Shown here piece after piece: positions 46,833-60,909 of a stretch of DNA of 64,000 nucleotides. The notes under the pieces were generated by a model. That model was not told the DNA's origin, did not search any database, and worked only from the letters and a program-made list of their open reading frames with translations. Location: positions 14,880,001 to 14,944,000 of the forward strand of contig OZ241829.1 in assembly GCA_965202585.1 (NCBI GenBank), given 5' to 3'. The position numbers and the translations under genes are program-made. The DNA comes from Thalia democratica. Taxonomy: Eukaryota. Position 1 is the stretch's first letter; each line of letters opens with the position of its first letter.

Positions 46833-47639
46833 ACAAGAACCATATACTTGAAGTAACTGGTGTCACTTAAGACCGCCACGCCAAGCAATTCTTCAAAAAA
46901 GTTTTAAATACTGTTTACTAGGTAAATTAATAAAGGTAAAATAAACTATTTAAACTAAACTAAATATAATTATTTAAGACGGTGCAACCCAACCACTCAC
47001 ATCGACGAGAACGTGTTGCTCTCTGAAGCTTTTAAATAATTCTGGGATAAGAAAATAATAAATGTGAATGCAACTGCGTGCCGCCCCCTACTGCATTTGA
47101 ACATTTTTATAGCATTTGCTACTTTTGTACCTTAATTGAGCATAGTGACAATAAGTTTCAAATTTTAACAGTAGTTTAATTGATGTAACATGAAAAAATT
47201 TTCGGCAGGAAAAAGTTTAAGAGTAGTGAATACATGATTTTAATTAATGCAGAATCTTCGAAAATATTAAATGTAGAGTTTGTGATATAACAAACATGCA
47301 ATATTCACTACTACTTTAAATTGAAACTTTTATTTGAATTTATAAGGCTAATCGAGACAGTATCCCTGCGTTTTTTATACTGCTTGATAGTTCAAGCGAA
47401 TTGACTAAAAGAAGATCTTGAAATGTTAAATTATGTAAAGGTTTTTAAATAAAAAAACATGGAAAAGTATTCCATCATAAAAAGAAAAACTTAAATAAAT
47501 TTGGTACAGTTAATAATAAGTTATTTTCAGCTAGATTAAGTCACGATAATTTATTTTAGAGTATTGTGACAACATAAATAATTCATTTACATTTATTCAT
47601 CCAGGAAATATCAAATGCTACAACTATTAATTAGTTTAG

Positions 47640-48130
47640 TTTAGGCACTGAAATAGTTGAACAACTGTTAAAAGTTAAGAGACATCTATATGGCTGATTG
47701 ATGCAGTTTCCCTGCATATTTTCTTCAGATAGATACCTTAAGCAAAATGACTAGAATAAGAGGGAGAAAATAAAAGCAGGTGGTTCGACTTTAACTAGCT
47801 CTAGTAAATTAAGAAGAAAATAAACTTGTAACTATAGAACTTGAACAAATGCCGAAGAAACTTAAACCTGGAGAATTATCAAAGAAAGGTACTAGAAGGC
47901 TGAATGAAACAATCTATCAAAGTTAACTCTGGTTGATTATCATATCAAATGAGTTAGATATGCAAGGGTGGTTGTAAAAGAATATGTCTGAAAATACCGA
48001 TTTCAAGAAACTGACGAAATATATTACAAATACTGCAAAGGGCAGAAGTTCATGAAAATGCCAAAAGAGAGGGACTACTTGAGAAATGACTGATTAAATA
48101 CTGCTGGAAAGTTGAGGGAACGTCAATATT
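47640..48130 (+). pseudogene. Isolated copy of module X of the SET-associated unit
   Basis: LTLVDYH.SNELDMQGWL*KNMSENTDFKKL matches TLADFEMSNELNVQGWLRKNVSEHTNLKKL at about 5470-5560. Confidence 0.55.
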
Positions 48131-50494
48131 AGATCTAAAATGTTAACCTTCAACGTTTTTTATTTTAATTAAATCTGTTAAGAGATTAAATAATCGCTAA
48201 AGCTGAGTTTCTGAGACTTTAACTAAAAAATAAATAAACGTATAAGTCTAGTTGTTTAGGAAGATTTTGTGTTTTTACTTGTGAAAACTGAACAAAATCC
48301 GACACATAATTTAACTGGTTAGAATTTCAAAACGTTCAAACATCATAGCCATTTATACGAAAATACCTTTGTTAAAAGATTTGACTATTTGAATTTTATA
48401 TCTATCTTAATAAGTAAGTCAAGGTTTTATTTATATTAAACTTTATTAAAGAACACTTTTGAGTAACATTAAGCAAGTTTAAACTATAGAAACTTTTACA
48501 ACAAACTCTGGACCAGAGTTGTTAAAATGCTAACAATTACTATGGTAATTCAGCAATGAAGCGTATAAACTTTGGTTTGTTTTAAGTTAGTAATTTCACG
48601 GTCGAGTAAACAAAGCAGAGCTTTTTAACATGTCTGCTCTGGACGCAGAACATTTTTACAATACGCAGTATTTAAATGTTAAAATACTAAAAAGAATTTT
48701 ATATAAGCTTTGATGCTCTTTCTAAAAATTATTAAAAACTGCAAGCACTTTTGTATTACTTTTTTTCATATGTTTTAGTTTAAATGTATATTAAATCAAA
48801 TTTACATGTAATGTTTTTACAACTATTTTAAGTGTAATATTAAATTTAAATTTTCTCAAATTTTAAAAAGCTTTAAATTTATGGCGAACCGCAAAATTTC
48901 ATCTTGTCTTTCAAAAGACCCAAAAAGCTTGTGCAGGTATTATTTGTTAAAACTTTAGAGTTAATTTTACGAACTAACCAGAGAAAAGAATGCAGAGAGG
49001 TTGTAATATACTTAAAAAGAGAAAAATTTTCAAAATTGTGTTAATTAGTATGGATAAAATAATCGTTTGAGTTTATAAACGCATAATCACCGTTGATAGT
49101 AATCGATGACAGGTTACAAACTAAATTTAAAAGCTCATATTAAAACATAATTAAAGCACTACTTGTTAAAAGATTTTTTAGTAAGTTTTAAAGTTAGTAT
49201 TTAAACATAATAAAGTACTTTATTTTACGTAATATGTAAAAATTAAACTATAAATTTGTGTTAACAAAATGTAATTACTTTATTTAAAAAAATATTAATT
49301 TAAATCTATAAAATTTATAACAAATTTACATTTCATTTAAGTAAATTACTTTTAAATCAATTTCCTAATGTGTTTATTAAATAGTTTTGTCTACTAAAAA
49401 AACAACTAAACACTTTTAAGTTTGTTACATGATCAAATAGAGGTGAACTGAAAATATTTTTCAAAACTAATAACAACAAAACTATTTTTCTGTGTTGTTT
49501 GTTTCAAATTCGTTATAAAAATTTGTCAAGCGTTATTTTTTTATTAGTATACACATCTAATATAAATCAATTTTTTTTTTGTTTTAGGGACGTAGTTACC
49601 ATATACAAAACATTTATCTTGATTAACGACATGTTACCGTTACAAAATTTAAAAGCATTTAATTTACTTAATTAACGTTTAAAGTTTTTCTAAGTGTAAA
49701 ATTTTTAACTTTTTTTTTTATATTTGCTACAATAAGTTCATCAGTTTACTGACAACGTAAAGACTTAAACATTTAAATTTTTACTCATTTTATTATTTAT
49801 CGACAAACTAAAATTACGATTAACTTGATTTTAATTATTTAAATTTTCCCTTTACAACTCTACAATTTTTAAATATTATACTATAGATCAAGATATTACA
49901 TACAAAATTCAAAAAATAGTAAATTCAAGACTGTTTAAATATAAAAAAAAATATTTTATTTTTTCACTTTTTTTAATTTAACATTGAACTTAAGCTAAAT
50001 TTATATTCTTTCACCATACTTACGCTGATTATATTTTTTTTAAGTCTTAACCTATATAAGGTATCAACTTCTTACAAAAGTATTTTACTGTTTTTTTTTG
50101 ACAAATTTTAAGTTATTATGCGTCAAACAATCTTACACTTAGTATTTGGAAAAATAATATTTTTTTACATCACGTGTTGTTTTAAATTAACATAGTTTAT
50201 TGAGCTGACATCAATAGTTAGCGTAAATAAATGAATTTGTTTCTAAAAACTTAGTAATTTTTATACTTAGAAAAAATATGTAAATAACAAAAGTCTTCAA
50301 CTAATTTTTTATCAATGTTAAATTTCTAAAGTCAGAAAGATATACACAGAATAAAAAAAAAATGTTAAAAACTTAGAATAATAATTTCAGAAATCATTAC
50401 AAGTTAAATTGTAGAGTAAAAGCTAAAAAGTTAAAACAAAAATAAATTATTTAGATTTAAAAGTACATGACTTTTCAAAGATAAAGGTAGAAGT

Positions 50495-52820
50495 TTAGAA
50501 TATTAAATTCTTCATTTCACACAGACCATGGAAATCAACTCCATTGGAATTCACTCCGCATCCTACATCGTTTAGTTCACCATATTTCATCCAAAAATGC
50601 ACGCAGTCTTCATTACCTCCATAATTGTTTGGTTCACCCGATTTGAAATAGTACAAAAAGGGTTGGTCTTCGATTACATTCACTGTCTGCCCATTCACAT
50701 ATCTGAAAAATCCTTCGGTTTGACGATCCGTTATTCCAACCCAGACGTTTTTTCCTGACGACTCTACCATTTTTCGGATTTTCCTTTGTTAAAATAAAAA
50801 TTGTTTAAAAACATATGTGACAAAAAAAATTTTTGAGGCTTTTTTTAATGAAAAAAACTACTAAATTACATTAATTGTTTTTATTTGAACTAGTTTTTTT
50901 ATATTTTTTAGGTTATTTAAATTTTTTTGACTAATTTTTTACACTAATTTATAGCACAAAGAATTAATATACTTAGCTCATTTGTCAATTAACAAATACA
51001 TTTTTGATACAATGAATATTTATCATCAAACTTAAATTAAGTTGTTTAATATTTGAAAATACCAAAAACCTCTTTATTCTACTAGGTTAATCTAAAGGTA
51101 ATTCACAACTAACGAATGATACTTAACACCATTTTCACCAAAACTCTCATGTATTAAATCACCGCCCATAGCTTGACATTGCTTGCGACACTCTTCAAAG
51201 GTTCCTCTGTATGGTGTTATCTTGAATGTGTAGTCAAAAGCTGTTTTGAAAAATTACGAGTTGAAATTAAATCTAAGAACATTTTTTAGTATTAGTATAA
51301 GAAGTACATGTTAGACCTACTTGTGGAAAAAAATGTTACCTCATTAATGAATATTATAAATTAATTTAAAATATCTTCAATAAGTGTGGTTTAACGTAAA
51401 ATTTGTACTCTTATACATTTCTTAAACCACTTATAAGTATAAAAATTATAAGGTTGTTTTTATAGAAACTTTCTAACAAGTTTCATTTAGTATTGCTACG
51501 ATTTTCTCAACAGTATGCTCCAATGTCGAAATTTGCTTATTCAGCATTTCTATTATGGGTATGACGTCACAATTAGCATCTAAACCTCCTTTTCCACCTG
51601 AAAGTAAATTATGTATAAATTGCTATAGTATTAAATTAACAAACAGGTTTTTGCTTTGGATAACTATAAGTTTCAACTAGACTTTGGCAACGGTTTTTGT
51701 CGGCAAGCAATGTGTAGAAAAATTTATTCCTTATTAGGTCTATGAATTTCAATAACTATTAATTTACAAAAGTTACTTAAATATCTATTTCGTTTCAAAA
51801 ATACTATATTTATATATTACTTTTTTTTCTACTATACCGAGTTTAGACCTCAAATCACCCATTAAATATGCCTATTTTCTCTTTCGTTATTGTGTTTTTA
51901 TTAATCCCAGATTACCTAGCATAAATTAAAAATTTAAGTTTAGCGGGCTAGATTCAAATACTTGCAAAGGTATTTTTTACTTTAACGGGCCAGATTCCAC
52001 TAACGTTTTTTTAACTGTGTTCTTCATTTTCGGGTGCACGACAACTTAAATTTGGACAGTTCAAATTCCGACAATTTTAATCGACCTTAGCTAAAAAAGT
52101 AATGTGTATATGCTAAAAAATAATATTTTTGTATAAGTAGTGTTAAGATCTACAGGCCTTTTTTTATTATTGAAAAATTTTAAGTATTTTTTGAGATATA
52201 TCTAAAACAAGCATAAAAATATAGTTATTTATATTAGTTTTATACTATCTTAAGAAATATTTAAAACTATGCGAAAAAGAAAAAACTGCCTGTAGATATT
52301 AATAAAACTTACAAACATACTTTATACTTTTTTCAATAATACATTAGTTTTTGATATATGGTTTCTTAAATATTTTTTAAGGATTTGAGTTGTCAGAATT
52401 TTGATTGTCATGAAAACGTCATTTTCGTATCTGGCCCATCAGTCGTATGTTGCCCACCCCTAGGTTAGACCAAATATCTAGATTTAATTTTTTTTTGAAG
52501 CAACCGTATATAAAAAATAGTCTAGTTTATTCATAAATCATTTAAAACAACTACTTGAAGCTTTGATAAAAAAAATCTTTTTTAGAGTTAAGGTACACAT
52601 TTAACGCTTAAAGATAATAGAAATATTTTTTATCCAAAAAATTAAATACATTTACAAGGTTAAACAAAAGTATAAAACCTTCAGGGTCATTAGTATTTGT
52701 GATATTGTTACAAAAAAGTTTTCTAGCTGCAGCAAGTGTTGATTTGTCATCATCGTAAGTTGTTATTTCACTTACAACCACGTGAAAGTAAATTATGAAA
52801 ATTGTAAACCAGAGCTTCAT
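50495..52820 (-). CDS. Secreted C-type lectin, 4 exons (52820-52679, 51597-51478, 51240-51114, 50783-50495), 225 aa
   Basis: Signal-peptide-like MKLWFTIFIIYFHVVVS; all three introns GT-AG with compatible phases (1,1,2); total 678 nt in frame; CTLD with C...C..MGGDL, VWVGITD...EG.F.Y..G, GEPNNYGGNEDCV and LND..C. Confidence 0.9.
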
Positions 52821-53278
52821 TGTAATAAACCTATAAAATCTCTACGTTTTTTGACTTAGTTATTAGTTATTTAAACTGTATTAAACTCATAACAATTATA
52901 TTAGTTATGTTAATATTTGAGGACATAGTATTAAATGCTTTATAAACTATTTACTATATAATAAAAGTGTAAACCAACAGAAGAAAATTTAAAACACAAG
53001 TGTCTTAATATTATTTTTAACTTATTTTTTTACATTTAAGCTTTACTTTACATTAACTACAATAAAATCTTTGAAGTATTGAAGATAAAAAAAAACTTTT
53101 TAAGAAGGCTGTTTACAAGTACAATTTTCACTAAAAACAACTTTCATTAGACACATATAACAAATTAGTATTGACATAGTAACATAATTATGTCACGTAA
53201 AGAATTAAAAAAAAACGAAAAAATTTATAAGAAATTTTTAATATTTTTAAAAATGTTATATAGTTGCTGCTTGACTTT

Positions 53279-53703
53279 TAACAACTTTTTATTTCTTTTT
53301 ACAACAAACCAAAACAAATTTCTAATAGAAATATAACGTATATAACTTTTCATGTATAAAGTGTATAGCTTTAGTGCACAACTCAAACTGTTGAACAATT
53401 ATTATTTAATACTAATAGTTAAAAGTATACTTTTTAAATTTATTTCATCTGATTGTATTTGTTTAAAGTAAAAATCACAAACAAAGTTTGTTTCTCTTAG
53501 GCCGACACGCTTTTTCTTGTATTTTTACAAAAATAAAAACTAGCAGTAGTCTTAACATTTATTGTATCATAAAAAAAAAACTTGTAAAATTGTTTAATTT
53601 TCGTCTAAGCGTGGCGTATTTTTGTAAACTTTTTGTAGAAAAATCTGCCATAAGGTTATACTACAGCGGTGCACTACATTAACTCCGTGCTTTTGAGTCT
53701 AAA
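53279..53703 (+). repeat. Dispersed direct repeat of about 425 bp (second copy about 58074-58498)
   Basis: Collinear matches, e.g. GTGTATAGCTTTAGTGCACAACTCAAA, AGGCCGACACGC, TACAGCGGTGCACTACATT. Confidence 0.9.
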
Positions 53704-56700
53704 CTCTTATGAAGTTAATGAAGTTATAAAATTTTTCCTTATGGAGTATATCATTAACATCGGTGCGCACTTTCGTTTGCGCACCGAATCAGTATGCTGG
53801 GTAATTTCCCTAACTTGTCACTTATTGGTATTCAAAATTTCGTTAAACTTTTTGAATACTAAATAACCATAGTTGAAAAAAAACAAATTAATCAGAAAAA
53901 ATAAACAATAAAGGAAAAGATATTACATTCTTATTTATTACTACTTCTCTTTTTTTGGGTGGCACGCATGCGCCAGTGTTTGCGTATACCCATTATTTTT
54001 TTACTTTTCTTAATATTTTATTAATTTCAATGGCATCAAGTATATTATTTTCTTTAGCTTCAGCTCTACATCTACAACAAATAATTAACAATAAGAAATT
54101 ATTTAAAAACAGTTTACAATCTAGCGCGGTGTCTTATGCCTTAATTAGTAGCTCTTAGTTTAAGTTTTAAATTTTACACTTTATTATTTGTGTTAACTTA
54201 AATTTTGTTACTTACTTTATCAATACCGCGCTTGGATCAACAAACTGCAGCCCTCAAAGCAAAAATTTACGGCTCGCTAAGTAATTTTTGGCTGAAAACG
54301 TTTTCTTTTAACATTAAAAAAAGCTTACAGTTTATATTTTTTTAACTAATAATGAATGAACTTTACAAGTGCTCTGTTGTGGTTTATTTTTGTACAATTA
54401 GGTTTAAAAACGATTTTCATATTGTTGCTAGACTTTAAAATAACTGATGAAGCAAACAGTTTTCTATCTTATTCACTTATAGAAACTTATAGGAAAACTT
54501 GCCGGCTTCTTCTAAAAAGCTGCCGACCCTCGATCCAATAAGATGCTACTACATTTGAAAAAAAAAAAGATTTTTTTGATAGAGCGAATATAATTTTTTA
54601 ACATTTAGCAAAGTAAATAAAAACCTAACGAGTTTCCTAAACATTTTGTTTTTTTATACGTAAAATAAACTTGTAAATTTTGTAGAGTCAAGTTATTTTA
54701 ATGACAAGTTAGCTAAAAACTTGAAAAAACAATTAAGTTTGCTAATTAATACGTCTTAGATAGCTTTATAATATTTTTTGATTGTTTTTGATTTGTCTGT
54801 AAACTAAATTTAGTAGTTATATAATTTAATTTTTATGAACATAGTTGAATTAGTTTAATAAAAGCTTTACAAAAGTATATTGCTCATGAAATAAATTTAT
54901 ACAGTATACCCATTTCAAACTTGTTCACAAATTTAAACATACAGAATTATTTTCTTGAATAAAGTGCACTTTTGTATAAGTTACATTTCTAGTATTTTTT
55001 AGAATACTTTTAAGGTTCATAAATAAAGTTTTGCACAGATTTGCATAGGACATAATTCACACTTCTTTAAAGACAAATCATGTCTAACTAAAAGCATTAC
55101 TAATAAAAACTACCAGTATACAAATTAGAGATAATTATAAGTACTTATAGACAAGTACAAAGTTTAAAAAACGTATATAAAACAAAATAGATTTGAAACT
55201 AAAACCTGTTTCTAAAATTTACTTCTTTTAGAATTTATGTAACGTAAGCAAACAGTTCTATCAAACTAAAAACTTACAATTAAACTAGCTTCGTACTTTC
55301 GTTTATATAGCAAATATACACTGATTACGTAACTTAAGTTGTGTAAGATGCTGTTGTTATTTCCTTTTATATAATTATGTAGTTGTTTATAGCTTCCCGA
55401 TGTATAATTATGTTGATACAATTACGGAAGAAACTTGCATGAACTTTTGTTGGTGCTTTTAGTTTTTGTTTTGTTTACTTTTAATGATAAAAGTTATTTT
55501 TTGAAAATGTTTTTTTTTACTTAGTACTATTTACAACTATAACCTAAAAACATTCAAAGTTAATATGTATATCTTAGTATAAAAATATATTGATTTATAT
55601 ATAAGTATATTCAATTTCAAAATACATATATACTAAATTAAGTTTCAAAGTAATTAGTTATATCATAAGTACACTAATAAAATTACTTTAGCAGTCAATT
55701 CCCCTTGAACATACTTCTTGTAAAAACTTAAAACATGTTAAATATGCTTATTTAGATTGATTATTCCATGAAAATTTATTAAATTAACATTGTTTAAGTT
55801 GAATTTCATCAATTATTAAAACAAGTTTTATCAACTAAAAAAGTTTTAATGAAATAACAATACAATAACCTTTTTTCTACTAAAAAATCTAAATGTACTA
55901 GTTTACTGAGGATTTGAATAAATGCAATTTTTCACTGCTCAACTTAATATATACTTTTTATATTTATGAACTTTTCTGTTTCAAATTTTTTGCAAGCCAT
56001 AATAAGTATTTTTTTAAATATCGACATATGATAACTAATAAATAAATGTCTTCTATTATGCTTGTACTATATAAACTTAAACTTGGCAGTGAGTAATTGT
56101 CTTTAACAAGCTATGATCAGCTGAACACTTTAAACAATTTTTACAACATTAAAGTGCAAAGAATAATCTAATAAAATTTTTATTAAAATATTTTAAAAAT
56201 TTGTTATGTCGTTTTTTAAAATAGGACTTTTTCTTGGGTAGTTTAGTTTTAGTAAGATGTATACTAGGAAATATCTTTTTTTTAAGCCCATAACTAACTT
56301 CGAATTTATAATAGATAATAGACACTTACATACTTTTAATTTTTTTACACTATTAGCTCGTATTTGTTTTAAGAATAAATTTATATTTTTTTTATCAGTC
56401 AACTTGATATTTTCAAACTACTTTTTAAAATTTTAAGGTTTTTTGTATCGGTTATTTTTCAAGCAAATGTTTATATGTTGATTTTTATTAAACATATAGT
56501 AATTTCATTAATTAGCGTTTAACTTAAATACTTTTTTTGATTGCAAAATATTCTAGTTACAGTTTATAAATGTTAGTCTAAATTTATTAAAACCCTAAAA
56601 ACAAATAAGTCAATAATTGTTAACCAAAGTATAATTTTATTAATTTTTTTTTTAATTTGTCAGTATACCTAGAACATTAATTTTTGTTTTGTTAAGCATT

Positions 56701-58559
56701 TATCTTAATTATTTTATTATCATTTATTTATAAATGTCTAATTAAAAACAATTTTTTATTCATTTGTTCTTTTATTTACATTTATTGAAAAGAATTGAAT
56801 AATAACTTTATTTCAAGTTTATAAAAACGCTATTATCTACAAATCTAACAACAATCTACAATGTTATAATTCTAACAAGTAAAATATAATTTTTAAAATT
56901 TTGCTGCGATGATTTCTTACTTCTTACCTTGGTAGCTGTAAAATTATTAATTGTTATTTAAATGTTAAAACTATTAAACTTTTTAGATGTTTCTTAAAAA
57001 ACATCTAAACAAAACAAACTTGTTTTAACATACTAGCAACAGTTTAGAAACATTGCTTTATTATATATAAAAAAGTAATTTAGTATTATAAAGCTTGTTT
57101 AACAACTCTATAAAACAGTGTTACTAGTTTAACCATGAGAAACGTGCGTCAGTTTAAATGAAGCAAGTACTTCATAAATCATCATTATTATTTATTTAGT
57201 TTTCACGTTTACACAAACTATGGTTAGCTAAAAGCTTTTAAATCAAACATAGCTGATTTTTTCTAAATTCTAAATACACAATTATCTTAGTTACAACTTT
57301 GAAACTTATCTTGGTTGTTCGAAAAATATGTTCAAAATTTACATAAAAATTCAAACAAATAATGTAAACCAACTTTGAGTTGTTAGAATTCATCTGGTTT
57401 GAGTGGTTGTTCAAATCAGATCTGGTACCAGACCCACCGTAGTTACTTTGGTGACCCTGATAACTGTAAACAATATTAGTAATGCAATTGTGTTTTTCTA
57501 GACTCATTTTGAATATAAACCTCTTTTTAATAACAATTACTTAGCTTGCTCTACTAAAGATTTTAAAAAATCTATGATTCAGTAGAATTTTTTTTCAAAT
57601 AATAAATTTAATTTTTGAACATTAAAATAGATTGTTTTTTAACTAAACATACGTACTTTTAATTGTTTGGGTTACATTGATTAGCATGATTATTAGCGTT
57701 AGGCTGGCTTTGCCTATAAAATAAACTCAATAATAATATTAAAAGCAAGGAAAGGTTTAAAACTTGAATATGATATAACTGAGTAAATTATTATTTTAAA
57801 TTAATATACTAACTGAGGTTTAGAATTTCATTAACAAATTTACGAGTACTCATAAACCTTTTACTAAATAACTTTAGTATGACTTAAACAATTTCAATAA
57901 TAAAATTATTAAACAAATTACTTGTCCATATTTGTAACTTGTTGTCGAGTGAACTAGTTCTAGAACAGTGATGAAATTAACTCATTTCAGCTTAATATAC
58001 AATTGAAAACTTTTTGTTTACTTTTATATAGTAGTTTAGTACTTTTTTGTTTACCGTTTTTAATTAAATTCAACAACAACTTTTTATTTCTTTTTACAAT
58101 AAACCAACACAAATTTCTAATAGAAACATAAAGTATATAACTATTCATGTAGTTAAGTGTATAGCTTTAGTGCACAACTCAAAATGTTGAACAATTACTA
58201 TTTAATACTAATAGTTAAAAGTATACTTTTTAAATTAAATTCATTTGATTGTATTTGTTCCAAGTAAAAATCACAAACAAAGTTTATTACTCATAGGCCG
58301 ACACGCTTTTACTTGTATGTTTACAAAAATAAAAACTAGCAGTAGTCTTAACATTTATTGTAGCATAAAAAACACTTGTAAAATTGTATAATTTTCCTCT
58401 AAGCGTGGCGTACTTTTGTAAACTTTTTGTAGAAAAATCTGCCCTAAAGTTATACTACAGCGGTGCACTACATTATTTGCGTGCTTTTTGAGTCTAAATT
58501 CAAGAATTCAGAATAAATTCAGAATAACTGCTATGTTTAATTTAGTTTTAGATCTTGTT

Positions 58560-59950
58560 AGTAGAAATTACTTCCAAATTAAACTTCATGAATATTGTAA
58601 GGATTCTACTAACTACTTGGGAGGCTTGAAATCCTGTTAATTATCAAACAAAGGTACATTGTTAACCGCATAGTTAACATTGTTGACGTAGTCAGCTTGT
58701 ATACATCACTTGAAGTAAGCCTAATTGAAAATGCTTTAGAAGAAGCCCTTACACTTTGAACTTGTTACAATACTAGCATAATCAAATGTATTGTCAAACT
58801 ATGTAATTGGCGATACACAATAACTTTATACAATTCAGAGAATATTACTTTAAACAAAAGAAAGATATAATTACAGGGGACAATAATTCAGTGGCAATTG
58901 CTAACATTACGTTTTATCATTTTAAGAGTACAGAAAACAAATTAAGTATTTCTTATTAAAATGTTTATTGATGAATTTTTTTTATCTCAGAAAGCAAAGA
59001 AAATGCCAATAAGATCATCAAACATTTAAAAGACACATTTGAAAAACATAATCTTGAAATAACATCCAGTATAGTGTCTAAAGATAATAAAATAGTTCCT
59101 TTTCTAGACGTAATTAATACAGATAGTAAAATCAAATCTTAAAAAACAAAATTTTCTGAATGGTAGATCATACCATCCACAATTATCTTTTTAAGGAATC
59201 AAAACAGGAGAATTCAAACGTCTCAAATAATTAAATGAGATCGAAAGTTTATTGGAACTTCAAATGAAATGCATAAGATCTAATTCTAATCCTAAAATAG
59301 TCAAAAGCCAGTTAGAAAACAATAGTGAGTTTAAATCTAGTGAGAGATAAAACAAACTGAAAATTCATAAGTCTAACAAAATATACTGGTTATCTCAATT
59401 TAGAATTTTAATAAAATTCATGAAAGAATAAAAGAAACTGTTTCCACTTGCAAAAACATCTTTCACTAAACCAAGAAGTTTAGGTTAATTGCTAAATGTA
59501 TTTAGTTGTACAGCCATAGGGAAGCAACGTACCTATTACAAAGAGCAAAAAATGTGCATTATGCGGAAAGTAGAGTACTTAAAAAAACAAACAATAGATA
59601 TAAAACCAGAATTAAACTGTAAAAGTTATGTAATATATTCTGCTTGATTTTCAAAATGCAAATAAATCTATCTAGGTCAGACTAAAAATAGTTTTAATCT
59701 AAGATTAAATGCACATAGAAGTAACTGGAAAATTTCCAAAGAGATTTTAACTTGGTTGGTAAAGGAGACGAATCTGCCTTATTTAAACACTTGTTTTAAG
59801 AATCATCATACTGATATTGAAAATATAGGATTGGACAGTGCCTACAAGATAATGTTTTTAGAACAACCTGAGTTTATAAGTTTAGGCTACAAAGAAAGGT
59901 TATGGATAAAAGACTAAATGCAAAAATTACCTTAGATAAAACAATTTAAG
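58560..59950 (+). mobile_element. Decayed Penelope-like element (RT + GIY-YIG), different lineage from the 11-kb element
   Basis: VDVVSLYTSL (58682), IITGDNNSVAIANI (~58867), FLDV, KCALCG, NCKSYVIYSA, IYLGQTKNSFNLRLNAHRSNW; many frameshifts. Confidence 0.75.
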
Positions 59951-60909
59951 GTTTAATATTTTAGAGCTTGGTCCTTATACGATTTTTATGAAAAGAGAAT
60001 TTTTTACATTGTGTTTTAGCTTGTTTACTTATATGCGTTTATGAGTTGCTAGTTGTTCAAATCTTAATTTTAAAATTTTTTTGATAAATAATTGTGTTTT
60101 TATTATGGAAATGTTTTATAAACTTGTATAAAAGTTTAATTTATAAGTTTGTTTACTGTTAATTATGCATTTATCACTTTAAAATGTTTTAATATACGAA
60201 AGTATGAGACTAAAGCGCAGGGATGCCGAAGATCTAGCTGAGAAAAATTTCCAGACATTTTGCTAAAATTTTCCTGTCTTTTGTAAATCAATCTCTTTAT
60301 ATTTGCTTATTCTTAAATACATAATTTAACACTGAAATCCATATTTTTAGAAAAGTATGAAAGTTAGAACTATACTTATGTTTATTATTTATAACGAAAC
60401 GCTAAACAGTGAAGAACAAACAGTTAGCTTTAAACAGTTAATTAAAATATTCACCTTTTAAAAAAATCATGAAAACCATTATAACAATTTTGTTCACCAA
60501 TAACATAGAATAGAGAGAATAAACAGTAATCTCTAAATAACAAGGTCGTAATTATTTTTTAATTAAGCTTTTATTTTTAAGAAAAAAAAATGGTGAAATC
60601 TATATACTACAAAATTAAGAGCTTTATAGATTATTTTTAGAATTGTAGACACCATCAGGATTTTAAAATAGTGATGAATAAATGCATATAATTTTTATTT
60701 AATTTGACATACATTTTTATTAGGTTAGCCACTGGATGTTTTTAAATTATTTTCAGGGTTTTAAAACTATAAGTCGGATTCTTTAAAGTAGAAAATTAAA
60801 ATTGAGGTTTAAAATGTATTTGAAGAAATGTCAAAATATATTAGCACCTGAACCAATTATCAGTGAAAAGTAATAGAAGGTGCAATTTTAAAAACTGTAT
60901 ATGTATATA

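Noticed and set aside
46975-47100. Transib/RAG1-like transposase scrap (DGAT...NVNATACRPLL)
   Set aside because: Only two very short motif resemblances; not enough to support a call.
52743-52757. YDDDK in the lectin N-terminus as a FLAG/enterokinase tag (vector contamination)
   Set aside because: It lies inside a natively spliced AT-rich exon and is not DYKDDDDK; probably coincidental.
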